This document shows positions 10,012 to 18,817 of a DNA stretch of 64,000 nt, piece after piece (position 1 is the first letter of the stretch; every line of letters starts with the position of its first letter). The translations under genes were made by a program, and so were the position numbers. Source of the DNA: a virus; IMG/VR virus record IMGVR_UViG_3300049434_000042, positions 2,265-66,264 of that record; one strand, 5' to 3'. The notes beneath the pieces are model-generated. The model ran no database searches and was not told where the DNA came from. It was given only the letters and a program-made list of their open reading frames with translations.

Positions 10012-10355
10012 CCGACGAGGACAAAGTCGCGGCCGCGCAGCAGATCGCGGAGCAGATGGCGCTGCAGCTTCACCTTGCGGTAGTCGTGACGCCGGTGGGC
10101 GAGGACGGCTGGCGTTGGGGGCAGCCATCGGTCGTCGAGGCGAGTCACGTCCTCTCGGTGCTCGATGACGGTGGGTACGAGCCGGGTGGCTTCACTCGGA
10201 CTTTGATTGAGGCGATGCTGCGGGCGGATGCGTTGAGTCTCGGCAAACTGGCGCTCGCTTTCCCGGGCTATGCCTCAGCCATCTATGCGTACAAGTTCGA
10301 CCTCGACGGGCTCGACCGGCTCCGAGTGGTCGTTTGGGGGAATCGGAGGCCATGA
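10008..10355 (+). CDS. Phage hypothetical protein (F..LI.AML+AD...L...F family)
   Basis: ATGA overlap; motif shared with 15750-16151. Confidence 0.65.
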   Translation: MTDEDKVAAAQQIAEQMALQLHLAVVVTPVGEDGWRWGQPSVVEASHVLSVLDDGGYEPGGFTRTLIEAMLRADALSLGKLALAFPGYASAIYAYKFDLDGLDRLRVVVWGNRRP

Positions 10356-10798
10356 CTGAGGAGGAGCGTCGGACGTTGCGGGCGGATCTCCTGCTCGCCT
10401 TTCAGGACTCGGAAGTTATCAAGGTCGCCGAGGACGGCAAGCCGGTGCGGTGGGATTCCGCGACGGGTGAGGAAGCCGAGCGGATGGCGGATCTCGTGTT
10501 CGCGGTGCTCGACGAGCATGGTCTCGACGTCGTCGAGGTGCCCGGTGCGTCTCGGGGTGAGCGGGAGGCCGCGGAGCTGGCCACTAGCTACCGGGTGACC
10601 GACGCCGGCGGCCAATTGATCGAGGAGGGGTCGCCCGTCCGGTATCCGAATGGCGTCGAGGGGATCTTCGGCCGGGTCATCACCCCCGGCTGCGTCGAGG
10701 TGGACGGGTTCGCGCAGCTATCGAGCAAGTTCGGGCTGACGGTTATCTCCGTCGCGCCGGCGGAGCTCACGATGCCGGATTTGCCTGCAGAGCAGTAA
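10352..10798 (+). CDS. Hypothetical protein
   Basis: GGAGG RBS, ATGA overlap. Confidence 0.65.
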   Translation: MTEEERRTLRADLLLAFQDSEVIKVAEDGKPVRWDSATGEEAERMADLVFAVLDEHGLDVVEVPGASRGEREAAELATSYRVTDAGGQLIEEGSPVRYPNGVEGIFGRVITPGCVEVDGFAQLSSKFGLTVISVAPAELTMPDLPAEQ

Positions 10799-10820
10799 CG
10801 CTCGGACGTCGAGCAGCGAT
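10795..10820 (+). promoter_or_regulatory. SigD-like promoter upstream of whiB
   Basis: GTAAC-N17-CGATAC. Confidence 0.7.
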
Positions 10821-10865
10821 ACATCAGAAAGGGCCCGTCGACGGATCGGCCCGCACAGCACGGAG

Positions 10866-11285
10866 GTGAGATCAGTGGACTGGCGGCATCGTGGATCGTG
10901 TCGGGACGAAGACCCGGAGCTCTTTTTCCCAGCTCCGAAAGACACGCGTGCGCTGGCCGAGGCCCGTTCGGTGTGTGAGACCTGCCCGGTAGTGGCGGAG
11001 TGCCTCAAGTGGGCCCTCGATAACGGTCAGATCGACGGGGTGTGGGGCGGTCTGAGTGAGGACGAGCTCCGTAAGCACCCTGATCGGAAGGGTCAGACCG
11101 GGGGGATCGAGGCCTACGTCGAGTGCCGTCGGTGTCACAAGATGCTGCCGGTAGAGCGTTTCGGCCGTGACCGGAATCGGTCGAGTGGCCGTAAGGCGCG
11201 GTGCGGGAAGTGTGTTTATGCGGCGGAGTCGGATCGACGGGCGCGGAAGCGAACGGAGGTGCAGGAGTCGCTGTTTGCTAGCTAG
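10866..11285 (+). CDS. whiB: WhiB-family transcriptional regulator with extra C-terminal Cys domain
   Basis: W....C...DPELFF..A..VC..CPV..EC..WAL....GVWGGLSE; C-terminal CRRC..CGKC. Confidence 0.93.
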   Translation: MRSVDWRHRGSCRDEDPELFFPAPKDTRALAEARSVCETCPVVAECLKWALDNGQIDGVWGGLSEDELRKHPDRKGQTGGIEAYVECRRCHKMLPVERFGRDRNRSSGRKARCGKCVYAAESDRRARKRTEVQESLFAS

Positions 11286-11290
11286 TTAGT

Positions 11291-11319
11291 GGGGCCCGGC
11301 TGACGTGGTCGGGCCCTTT
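11291..11319 (+). terminator. Intrinsic terminator after whiB
   Basis: GGGGCCCGGC / GTCGGGCCCT stem followed by TT. Confidence 0.55.
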
Positions 11320-11337
11320 CAGCACGGAGGCGAGGAG

Positions 11338-14300
11338 ATGGCAGTGAGTGAACCATTTGACGGTCTTAACGAGGAATGGCTAGCTGAGGAAGATGCTCGG
11401 TCTTTGGCATTTCAGGCGACCGGTGGGCGGTCGTGGTATCAGTCGCCGAGCGACGGGACGTGGCGGTCGGTCACCGGTGGGTGGTCGCCGTCGGAGCTCG
11501 CTAATCGGATGACGATGGGGGACGCGACTCCTCGGCATGAGGCGGCCGCGGCTGACTTCTGGGCGATGGCGGCCCATCAGGCGTACGTCAATGCGAATTA
11601 CCGCGCGGAGGAGGAGCTGCAGCGCGACGTCGACGAGGAGACCTCGCAGTCGCAGCAGGCCGCGGTCGAGGCTACGGAGCTGGTCGACTTGACGGGGCAG
11701 ATCCTCGTCGAGTTGCAGGATGAGGCCGATCGGCTCAACGACCGGGCCGACGCGGTCGAGCAAGCACAGTTTGAGGCCTATAACGCTCGGGTCGAAGCGG
11801 TCAAAGCGGTGCATGAACAGTTGATCGACCGGGATTTGTACGACTCTCACCGTCATCAGGACGACTACAGCGACGAGATCTGGGCGCAGGCTGAGCAGCT
11901 CGTCGACGTGGGCATCACGAGCGCTGACGTCGACGTGATGACGGGCCAGCGCGACACCTACCACGAGGAGTACGACGACCTGTACGAGCAGCACCAGCAC
12001 GCCGAGTTTGAGCGGCAGCGTGACGAGCGTAAGGCGCAGATGGCCGCGGAGGGCCCGGTGTCGGAGGCGTGGCGCGCAGCGGTGGGAGTGACGTACCACG
12101 AGCAGGTACTCGAATACGGCAACGATGGTCGACCGGAAGACGATCGGTTTTTGACCGACGCCGAGCAGGCCACGCGAACGGCTGCGGTCGACCTGATCGC
12201 CCGGGCGACGGGTGTCTCCCCCGGGTACGTGCATAGCGAATTGCAGGACGCAGCCCACGCTTACGGGCAGGCGCCGGGCACTGACTATGACCCGGACTAC
12301 TTAGCTCCGCCGGACTGGTCAGAGTTTGTGAGCGGCTACGAGCGTCTCGGTTTCGAGCCGGCTCCGCCGGAGGCAGTCGAGGGCCCTTTAGTCCTAGAGG
12401 ACGGCACCACTTTCACGGCTGACGAGCCAGCACCGGTCAAGCTCACAGAAGCGGGCGAGGCGGAGGCACTGGCTAGCGCGTGGGATGCGCAGGCCGAGCG
12501 GATGCGGGGCGATGTTGCCAGTGACTTGCTCGCGGCGAATGTCGAAGAGCTCACCGGGGCGACTCTGACCGAGGAGATCCCGGAGGCCTTGCTCGATCGG
12601 GGTATGAGCTCCGATGAGTTGTCGGCCGAGCTCTTCCCGGAAGGTGATGCTGCGGTCGGCGACAACCTCGCACGTATGGAAGAGACCGCCGGCGTGCTCC
12701 CTGATACATGGGAGGCAAAGAATCCCGACGCTCCGTGGGCAGCGCATGAGGACAACGTCGCGGCCGCGGTCGATGCGTTCGGGCCGGATGTGTTCCGTCC
12801 GTTGCCGGCTGAGCTAGTCGACGCGGTTGCGGCGGAAGCGGCCGCGGGCTCGGAGCTCGAACTGGCCGCAGGTGAGCGGGAGCGTGAGGAGCACACTGAC
12901 CACCTCTTCGAGGAGGCTCTCGCGACGGATCCGGCGTTCGCTGCGCGGATCGCAGATAGCGCCCGGTCGCATGCCGAGGCGGCTCTCGGTCGGGAGCTCG
13001 AACCGTGGGAACACGCAGCGATCGACAATGCGGCCAGGGAGGGTGCCGAGCTCGACGCCGACGATCTGACGACGAAGCGGGCCGAGCGGGACTACGAGGA
13101 CGCGATGAGCGCTGGTCTGGCCCGAGAGGAGGCTCTCGCAAATGCGGAAGCGGACCTCGGTCGAGATCTGACCTTCGAGGAAGCGGTTGCCGCGGTGGCC
13201 AGCGTCGACGCGCAGGACGGTGACGGGCTCGACGAGCGGGTCGACGACGAGGCAGCTACGGCGGAGCGGTGGGACGATACCGTCGCCTCCGCCGGCGCGT
13301 GGCAGGACTTCCTCCGTGGTCAGGAGACGGCGAAGGTGGCCGAGCTCGAAGCGGAGGCCGGCGCGCTGCAGCAAGACCTCGACGCGGGCAACGTGCCAGC
13401 AGCAGAGGAACACGCGGTAGCCGAGCACGTCCAGCACCTCGAAGAGGAAGCGGCGATCGCTCGCGGGGAGTGGCCGTTCGAGAGCGCAGCACCGACGCCG
13501 GCGATGCAAGAGCAGATCGACACGCACCGTGCGGCGTGGGATGCGGCTACCGAGGACGTGGCCCGGATGCAGGGCACGACGGTCGACACCCTCGACGTGC
13601 CGATCGTGACGGCTGATGACTTCGCTGAGCTCGTCGAGCGGGCCGAGGCTGCAGTGCGGGAGGAGGAGCGGCTCGCAGGCGCGGACGCGGCCGCTGACGT
13701 CCAAGAGCAAGCCGACCTAGCCGGCGCGGCAACGGAGCCGGCGGAGTATTGGACGCCGGCGCGTGAGGCGGAAGCTGCAGCGCAGTATCAGCGGGCTTTC
13801 AACGCGGCCAACGCCGACCCGGCGACTATTCCGCCGGAGGTGTACGCGAAGGGTTGGGATGCGGTAGCTGACTACCAGCAGGAGCAGGTCGACGCCGACC
13901 CGGATCCGGCGGGTTGGGCTTCCCTGCCGGCTGACGTGCCGGAGTGGGTAGCGGAGCAAGGCTCCGAGGCGACTGCTGATTACGTCGCCGAGCGGGCCGA
14001 TCGAGAGTCCGTTCCGTCACCGGTGGCCGGTGATGAGGAGCTCGGCGACGACGAGCCGGATCGTGAGGGTCACGGGGTGCCGTCAGATGAGGAAGTCGAG
14101 GCGCGGGGTTACGGGCTAGATGCGTACGAGCAGGCCCTCGCAGACCCGGATGACGACGACGGGACGGTGTACGACGATCCAAAGTTTCGGGCTGAGCTCG
14201 AAGCGGCTGCAGCGGCCCGGGCGGAGGCAGCGGAGCAGGGAAAATCGGAGGCCGCGGAGGCAGTACAGGCAGCGCATGAGGCCACGCAGGAAACGGTCGA

Positions 14301-14379
14301 CGCGCAGCAGTCAGCCGACGCGGCCGCACCAGCGGCGGAGTCAGCCGCGGAGAGCAGTGGGGATGGTGACGGGTCGTGA
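11338..14379 (+). CDS. Large, extremely acidic Ala/Glu/Asp-rich protein (1013 aa)
   Basis: GGAGGCGAGGAG RBS; long ORF with very few Lys and no recognisable catalytic motif. Confidence 0.85.
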   Translation: MAVSEPFDGLNEEWLAEEDARSLAFQATGGRSWYQSPSDGTWRSVTGGWSPSELANRMTMGDATPRHEAAAADFWAMAAHQAYVNANYRAEEELQRDVDEETSQSQQAAVEATELVDLTGQILVELQDEADRLNDRADAVEQAQFEAYNARVEAVKAVHEQLIDRDLYDSHRHQDDYSDEIWAQAEQLVDVGITSADVDVMTGQRDTYHEEYDDLYEQHQHAEFERQRDERKAQMAAEGPVSEAWRAAVGVTYHEQVLEYGNDGRPEDDRFLTDAEQATRTAAVDLIARATGVSPGYVHSELQDAAHAYGQAPGTDYDPDYLAPPDWSEFVSGYERLGFEPAPPEAVEGPLVLEDGTTFTADEPAPVKLTEAGEAEALASAWDAQAERMRGDVASDLLAANVEELTGATLTEEIPEALLDRGMSSDELSAELFPEGDAAVGDNLARMEETAGVLPDTWEAKNPDAPWAAHEDNVAAAVDAFGPDVFRPLPAELVDAVAAEAAAGSELELAAGEREREEHTDHLFEEALATDPAFAARIADSARSHAEAALGRELEPWEHAAIDNAAREGAELDADDLTTKRAERDYEDAMSAGLAREEALANAEADLGRDLTFEEAVAAVASVDAQDGDGLDERVDDEAATAERWDDTVASAGAWQDFLRGQETAKVAELEAEAGALQQDLDAGNVPAAEEHAVAEHVQHLEEEAAIARGEWPFESAAPTPAMQEQIDTHRAAWDAATEDVARMQGTTVDTLDVPIVTADDFAELVERAEAAVREEERLAGADAAADVQEQADLAGAATEPAEYWTPAREAEAAAQYQRAFNAANADPATIPPEVYAKGWDAVADYQQEQVDADPDPAGWASLPADVPEWVAEQGSEATADYVAERADRESVPSPVAGDEELGDDEPDREGHGVPSDEEVEARGYGLDAYEQALADPDDDDGTVYDDPKFRAELEAAAAARAEAAEQGKSEAAEAVQAAHEATQETVDAQQSADAAAPAAESAAESSGDGDGS

Positions 14380-14582
14380 GTGGTGGTCATTGGTGGTCGT
14401 GGTTCTCGGGTGAGTGTTCTAACCCGGTGCAGGTGGTGGCGCAGCCGACGGCGACTGGCGCGGTGAGGGACGCTCACGCGGCGACGAGGGAGACGATCGC
14501 GGTAAGCACGCGTTCCTCGTCGTCGGGTGCTGCCTCGTCGGCTAGCGGTACCTACTGCGTGGGCAAGGCGGCGGGGTCGTGA
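14376..14582 (+). CDS. Small protein carrying the AVxxAHxAxxE motif
   Basis: GTGA overlaps at both ends. Confidence 0.6.
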   Translation: MSGGHWWSWFSGECSNPVQVVAQPTATGAVRDAHAATRETIAVSTRSSSSGAASSASGTYCVGKAAGS

Positions 14583-15544
14583 CGGAGGGTCCGGTGTTGC
14601 CGCCGTACTACCTCACCCACGAGACGCCGGCGGGCCGGAGGTACGCGTACCCGCGGCCGGGTCGAGACGCTGACTACGGGCTGATGTTCCCGATAGCGGC
14701 GTCGACTCCCGTTCAGTGGTCGACGGTGTCAGGGTCGGTGGTGCAGCGCGGGGACTGGCTGATTTCGACGGTGCCCATGGAGCAGGTCACGGTGACGTGG
14801 CAGCCGCCGGACGAGCCGGGCCCGTGGGTGAAGCGGACCGAGGCACCGGAGGAACCGATCGCTCGGCAAGCGTGGATGCACGCGCCGGCGGAGCCGACGA
14901 TCAGCGACGTCGAGCACTACCGCAGTTATGGATGTGACCTCGACGAGTGCTGTCTCCGGTGCCAGTTCCACCGTGCGGTTTACGCGCGGACGACGGTGCA
15001 GCCTCCGGCGAAGTCGAGGCAGTTCGATTTCGGTCTGTGGCGGCCGCTGCCGGGTGATGTGGATATGTACCCGGGGCAGCAGTGGGTCGTCGACGAGCCG
15101 AGCCTCTTAGCGGTGTTCGGGCGTCACACGGCGCATATGTGGCCGGGTCAGGTGCCGGGGTTCCGTGAGGCGGTCAAGAAAGCGCTCGACGGTCATCCTC
15201 GGGTCGAGCACGTCTTCGAGGATCGGGCTCGGCTCCGGCCCGGTACTTACGAGGTGGTGTCGCGGATCCCGTGGGAGAAGCCTCGGACGGTGCTCCGTGA
15301 CCGGTACGGGCGTGGTGGCCGAAAGCTGCGGGGTCGGGAGCAGGTGCCGTCGCCGATCGCTCACTCGTGGCGGGTGACATTGAACGTCGCCGAGGGCCTG
15401 CACGCGTCGTCGAAGGCGCGGGCGGTCGGTTCGTGGGACGCCGAGATCGAGCGGGTGGTCGGGCGGTTCTTGCCGGCGGATGTTGTGGCTTGTGATCGCT
15501 GTGATGGTCACGGGCATCTACTACGTGAGGAGGTGCCGGAGTGA
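14579..15544 (+). CDS. Hypothetical protein with Cys motifs
   Basis: 321-aa ORF; CCLRC and CDRCDGHG. Confidence 0.75.
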   Translation: MTEGPVLPPYYLTHETPAGRRYAYPRPGRDADYGLMFPIAASTPVQWSTVSGSVVQRGDWLISTVPMEQVTVTWQPPDEPGPWVKRTEAPEEPIARQAWMHAPAEPTISDVEHYRSYGCDLDECCLRCQFHRAVYARTTVQPPAKSRQFDFGLWRPLPGDVDMYPGQQWVVDEPSLLAVFGRHTAHMWPGQVPGFREAVKKALDGHPRVEHVFEDRARLRPGTYEVVSRIPWEKPRTVLRDRYGRGGRKLRGREQVPSPIAHSWRVTLNVAEGLHASSKARAVGSWDAEIERVVGRFLPADVVACDRCDGHGHLLREEVPE

Positions 15545-15753
15545 GCGACGATCGGGTCGAGGTGTGGGAACGGGTGCGTTGCCCGCATTGCACTAAGCCG
15601 GTGTTGACGTCGAACGAGGGCCGGACATTGCGGGCCCACTCCCGGTCGAGGAAGCCGCGCCGGCGTTGTGATGGGTCGGATATGCGGGTCGTCGATGCGT
15701 TGGGGAGAGCTGGCGCTGACGTCGAGCACGTCCGACGGGGGAGGTCGAAGTGA
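15541..15753 (+). CDS. Small zinc-finger protein
   Basis: CPHC..LRAH..CDGS; GTGA overlap. Confidence 0.6.
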   Translation: MSDDRVEVWERVRCPHCTKPVLTSNEGRTLRAHSRSRKPRRRCDGSDMRVVDALGRAGADVEHVRRGRSK

Positions 15754-16151
15754 GTTGGTACGACTATCAGCGGGCGAAAGAGTTGTACGTCTCCGATGTC
15801 CCGTTCTATGCCTTGATCATGGCGGCGATGCTCAAAGCGGACTCGCGTAACTCAGCCTTCCTCGGTGCGGTGTTCGGTCAGGTGCAGCGGGAGCTCGACG
15901 CGCGGTACAACGCGCCGGGAGGGAAGCTGCCCGGTGATGACGAGCCGATCAACGTGGTTGTCACGGTGATCACTGCAGAAGAGCTGCAGGCCATGGCCGA
16001 GAGGGAGATCGTGCACCGGTGTCCGGCGATCGGGGAGGGCCGTACGCAGTGCTGCAATCAGATCGTTTTCGAGCTCCCTCGGGATCACCGGATGACGGAT
16101 CTCCCGGGTTTGGTGACCTGCAGGGGACCGGAGGCTCCTCATGCGGTTTAG
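15750..16151 (+). CDS. Phage hypothetical protein
   Basis: PFYALIMAAMLKADSRN..ELDARYNAPGG plus C-terminal Cys/His module. Confidence 0.7.
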   Translation: MSWYDYQRAKELYVSDVPFYALIMAAMLKADSRNSAFLGAVFGQVQRELDARYNAPGGKLPGDDEPINVVVTVITAEELQAMAEREIVHRCPAIGEGRTQCCNQIVFELPRDHRMTDLPGLVTCRGPEAPHAV

Positions 16152-16233
16152 CGCGGGTGAGCTGGCCTACGCGGGGATTGTCCTGCTAACGGGCATGTTC
16201 GCTTTCCTGATGGTGATGGGTTGGCTTCCGTAA
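16141..16233 (+). CDS. 30-aa membrane microprotein
   Basis: MRFSAGELAYAGIVLLTGMFAFLMVMGWLP; GGAGG RBS; TAATG overlap with next gene. Confidence 0.55.
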   Translation: MRFSAGELAYAGIVLLTGMFAFLMVMGWLP

Positions 16234-16415
16234 TGGAGGCGTTCGAGGCGGTGGTGCTGGCGCTGCTCACCGTGGCGTGCGTCGGCGCCGGCGCCGAGCT
16301 CGTGTTCTATGTGCTGGCCGGGCGACCAGTGGGCGTGTTGCTGGCCGGAGGGTGCCTGATCGTGGGCCTCTCCGGCGGTGCCGCTTTCTGGTGGCCCTCT
16401 TCCGCTGTGGTGTAA
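16233..16415 (+). CDS. Small two-TM membrane protein
   Basis: Hydrophobic; 3' end overlaps the tRNA. Confidence 0.5.
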   Translation: MEAFEAVVLALLTVACVGAGAELVFYVLAGRPVGVLLAGGCLIVGLSGGAAFWWPSSAVV

Positions 16416-16472
16416 CTGGCAGCACCCCGGACTTTGGTTCCGGGAGTCTAGGTTCGATCCCTGGCAGCGGAG
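16401..16472 (+). tRNA. tRNA-Gln (anticodon UUG); CCA not encoded
   Basis: Acceptor TCCGCTG/CAGCGGA; D arm; anticodon stem CCGGA-CTTTGGT-TCCGG; T arm CTAGG-TTCGATC-CCTGG. Confidence 0.93.
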
Positions 16473-16474
16473 CA

Positions 16475-16500
16475 GTAACGGGCGGTGTCTCGCCGGCGAT
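16475..16500 (+). promoter_or_regulatory. SigD-like promoter
   Basis: GTAAC-N17-CGATAG. Confidence 0.65.
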
Positions 16501-16556
16501 AGTCCGGGTGTGAGGCGCGCACCCGGCGGGCCCGGAAGGTAGAAGAGGTGGGCCGA

Positions 16557-16688
16557 GTGATCGCTTTCCTGCTCGGGGATCTGGTGATCGGGGACCTTCG
16601 CGTCCCGGTGTGGTTCCTCGTCCTCGGTCTCGTGATCGGGGTTGGTACCGCGCTGGAGATCCTCCTAGATGTGAGGAGGGGGAGGTGA
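16557..16688 (+). CDS. 43-aa membrane microprotein
   Basis: GAGG RBS; one TM segment; GTGA overlap. Confidence 0.55.
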   Translation: MIAFLLGDLVIGDLRVPVWFLVLGLVIGVGTALEILLDVRRGR

Positions 16689-16861
16689 GCGGTCCGGTCG
16701 GGGTGGCCCGGGTGTGTGTGCTCGATCTGATCGGGCGGTGTGTTCAGGTCGCCTCGACGACATGGCAGGGCTTGCCGTGCTGTGAGGCGTGCGCTGAGCG
16801 GTGCGCTGAGCTCGACGAGAGGTATCCGATCGGCCAGCCGGTAGAGGAGTGGACGCATTGA
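16685..16861 (+). CDS. Small Cys-rich protein
   Basis: GGAGG RBS; CCEACAERC. Confidence 0.5.
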   Translation: MSGPVGVARVCVLDLIGRCVQVASTTWQGLPCCEACAERCAELDERYPIGQPVEEWTH

Positions 16862-17046
16862 GCTCACGAGAGCCGACCGACCGGGACACGCTACTCGCGC
16901 TCGGAGGGCTGACCGCGTTTTTCGCAGTGGTAACGGCGGCCGCGGTAGTCCTGTTGCCGCTGATGGTGGCGGCCGTTCCCGGGCTGATCGCGATGGTCTT
17001 CGGACTGTTTTTCTTGTGGGCCCTGCTCGGTCTGCCGATTGGGTAA
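16858..17046 (+). CDS. Small membrane protein
   Basis: TTGA overlap; two TM segments. Confidence 0.6.
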   Translation: MSSREPTDRDTLLALGGLTAFFAVVTAAAVVLLPLMVAAVPGLIAMVFGLFFLWALLGLPIG

Positions 17047-17068
17047 CGCTGCGGATATACCGGGCGAT
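17043..17068 (+). promoter_or_regulatory. SigD-like promoter
   Basis: GTAAC-N17-CGATAT; tandem GATATACCGGG at 17054 and 17066. Confidence 0.65.
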
Positions 17069-17109
17069 ATACCGGGTGTCAGGCACGCAGCGGGAACACT
17101 TCGGAGGTT

Positions 17110-17409
17110 GTGATGGTCAGCACGGCGGCAGTGATGACGGAGATCAGGGGTCGGGTCGCTGAGCGGATCGAAACGCTCTCTTGCCCGGATCCGTTCGACA
17201 ACCGCGCAACGTGCGCGACTATGGTGCGGGTGCTCCAAACGTTGAGCTTGTGGGCAGTCAACGATCGGACCGTCGCGGGCACGCTCGCCGATCACCCGGA
17301 CTGCCACATGATGAGCCACCTACTCGGAGAGTCGCTCGACTGTCAGCTCGATCTAGGCCCGGCTGGTGAGGTTGAGCAGTTCGGTCGGCAAGGCGTTATC
17401 CGCTGGTAG
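17110..17409 (+). CDS. Hypothetical protein
   Basis: GGAGG RBS; lies between promoter and terminator. Confidence 0.65.
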   Translation: MMVSTAAVMTEIRGRVAERIETLSCPDPFDNRATCATMVRVLQTLSLWAVNDRTVAGTLADHPDCHMMSHLLGESLDCQLDLGPAGEVEQFGRQGVIRW

Positions 17410-17414
17410 GGAGG

Positions 17415-17456
17415 GCGAGGGCCCCGGGGTGTAACAACCCTGGGGCCCTTTGCGAT
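17415..17456 (+). terminator. Hairpin terminator overlapping a SigD-like promoter (17431-17456)
   Basis: GCGAGGGCCCCGGGGT-GTAACA-ACCCTGGGGCCCTTTGC; GTAAC lies in the loop. Confidence 0.6.
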
Positions 17457-17474
17457 ACACCGGGTGTGGACGAC

Positions 17475-17600
17475 ATGATCGGCGCGTACTTCGAGCTTAT
17501 GAGTCGGGCAACCCTGGTCGACTACCTCTTCGCTGGGTTCCTCACGGTGTGTCTGCTGACGATCGGCCACCTGCTCAGCCAGTCCCGGAGGAGGGTGTAA
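17475..17600 (+). CDS. 41-aa membrane microprotein
   Basis: MIGAYFELMSRATLVDYLFAGFLTVCLLTIGHLLSQSRRRV. Confidence 0.5.
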   Translation: MIGAYFELMSRATLVDYLFAGFLTVCLLTIGHLLSQSRRRV

Positions 17601-17622
17601 CGAAGCCGGCGGGGCGAGCGAT
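17597..17622 (+). promoter_or_regulatory. SigD-like promoter
   Basis: GTAAC-N17-CGATAG. Confidence 0.65.
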
Positions 17623-17663
17623 AGACAGTATGTAAGCGTCGGAACTACTCGTAGGAGCCAGCA

Positions 17664-17819
17664 GTGAGCACCACCATTCTCAGCCAGGAAGCCGCCGAAG
17701 CCCTCGCAATCGCGTTGACGCTCGAAGACCGGTGGAAGAGCTACCGGAGGATGGTGCAGATCGCGATCTACATGGCAGCCATGGCCGTCGTGCTGATGGT
17801 GGCGTCGGTTCTGATCTGA
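17664..17819 (+). CDS. 51-aa tail-anchored membrane protein
   Basis: AGGAG RBS; C-terminal TM segment. Confidence 0.6.
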   Translation: MSTTILSQEAAEALAIALTLEDRWKSYRRMVQIAIYMAAMAVVLMVASVLI

Positions 17820-17831
17820 CCCGGAGACCCT

Positions 17832-17878
17832 CACGAGGGCCGGTCACTAAGGCGAGTAGCCGGTGACCGGCCCTCGTG
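17832..17878. terminator. Bidirectional terminator where the two arms converge
   Basis: Perfect 16-bp inverted repeat CACGAGGGCCGGTCAC / GTGACCGGCCCTCGTG. Confidence 0.75.
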
Positions 17879-17913
17879 GCGTTAGACCTACCCAGTATGC
17901 GCTGGTCAGCGGT

Positions 17914-18147
17914 TTAGAGCAGGTTTAGAGCACCAGTCCAGCGGCCTAGCCAGTAGCGCTGCCGCGCGGTGACCGGTCGTGGTGTGCGGCGGATGCGGAT
18001 CTCTTCGCCGGCGCTAGTGGTGATGACGAGGTGACCGGATGAGTCGAGCAGGCAGAGCAGCGCATGGCCGGCGTCATGGTGGACGTCGACGTCGAGGTCA
18101 TGGATGGTCACCCACGTTGCGGTAGGCAGCGCACCGGATACGACCAT
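17914..18147 (-). CDS. Hypothetical protein
   Basis: RBS; last gene of the - arm. Confidence 0.55.
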   Translation of the reverse strand: MVVSGALPTATWVTIHDLDVDVHHDAGHALLCLLDSSGHLVITTSAGEEIRIRRTPRPVTARQRYWLGRWTGALNLL

Positions 18148-18160
18148 GGTGGGCCTCTTC

Positions 18161-18817
18161 CTAGAGCAGGATCCGGGAGATGGTGATGTAGGCGCCGCAG
18201 TGGGTCGGGCCGAGGCCCCATCCGGCGTAGTCCTTATCGCCGGTCGCGCGTTTGACTTGACCGTCGTCGGGCATGACGCCGGCGATGACGAGCGCGTCGA
18301 GGGTGCCGCGGAGGTACTTATCGACGTCGGGTGCCACGACGGGCGCGGTGCGTTCGTTTGGTGGTGCGGTGTCGGGGCGCCGAACGGAGAAGAGGCACTC
18401 GACGAGCAGTGGGGCCCGGGCGGGGAACGAGTGCCGGTACCGGCCTCCGACCGCGGCCGCGACGGCGCGGCGCCAGGCTTTGACTTTCGCGTCGGCGACC
18501 TCGACGAGGGCGACTTTCCCAGTAAAGCGGCGGGCGCGGCCGGTGCCCTCGTAGATCGGGAAGGCGTCTTTCGAGCCTTGCGGGGCGGGGTGACCGCGGA
18601 CGGTGATGCGGATCTGCCCGATGGTTTGGATCGGCGGTGTGTTGAGCTCGGGTGCTTTCTTGAGGAGCTCGTCGCGCTGCAGGTCGTGAGCAGTGATGGC
18701 GGCTACGTAGGTTGGGCAGTGCGGTACGTGGTGGGTGGTGCCGGCGCAGCACGCGGAGTCGAGGGGGACTTCGATGACGTCGTCGAAGAGGCCCGGCAGG
18801 CTTAGCTGACCGTTCAT
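18161..18817 (-). CDS. rusA: RusA-family Holliday junction resolvase
   Basis: G.PAPQGSK..WR..V..PDVDKYLRGTLDAL..GVMPDDGQV. Confidence 0.9.
   Translation of the reverse strand: MNGQLSLPGLFDDVIEVPLDSACCAGTTHHVPHCPTYVAAITAHDLQRDELLKKAPELNTPPIQTIGQIRITVRGHPAPQGSKDAFPIYEGTGRARRFTGKVALVEVADAKVKAWRRAVAAAVGGRYRHSFPARAPLLVECLFSVRRPDTAPPNERTAPVVAPDVDKYLRGTLDALVIAGVMPDDGQVKRATGDKDYAGWGLGPTHCGAYITISRILL

Noticed and set aside
10008-16151. Two ORFs sharing F..LI.AML+AD
   Set aside because: Looks like a common phage hypothetical family; paralogy alone is uninformative
16401-16472. tRNA as an attL/attR junction between phage and conjugative element
   Set aside because: No duplicated tRNA 3' fragment or integrase seen, and gene style is the same on both sides
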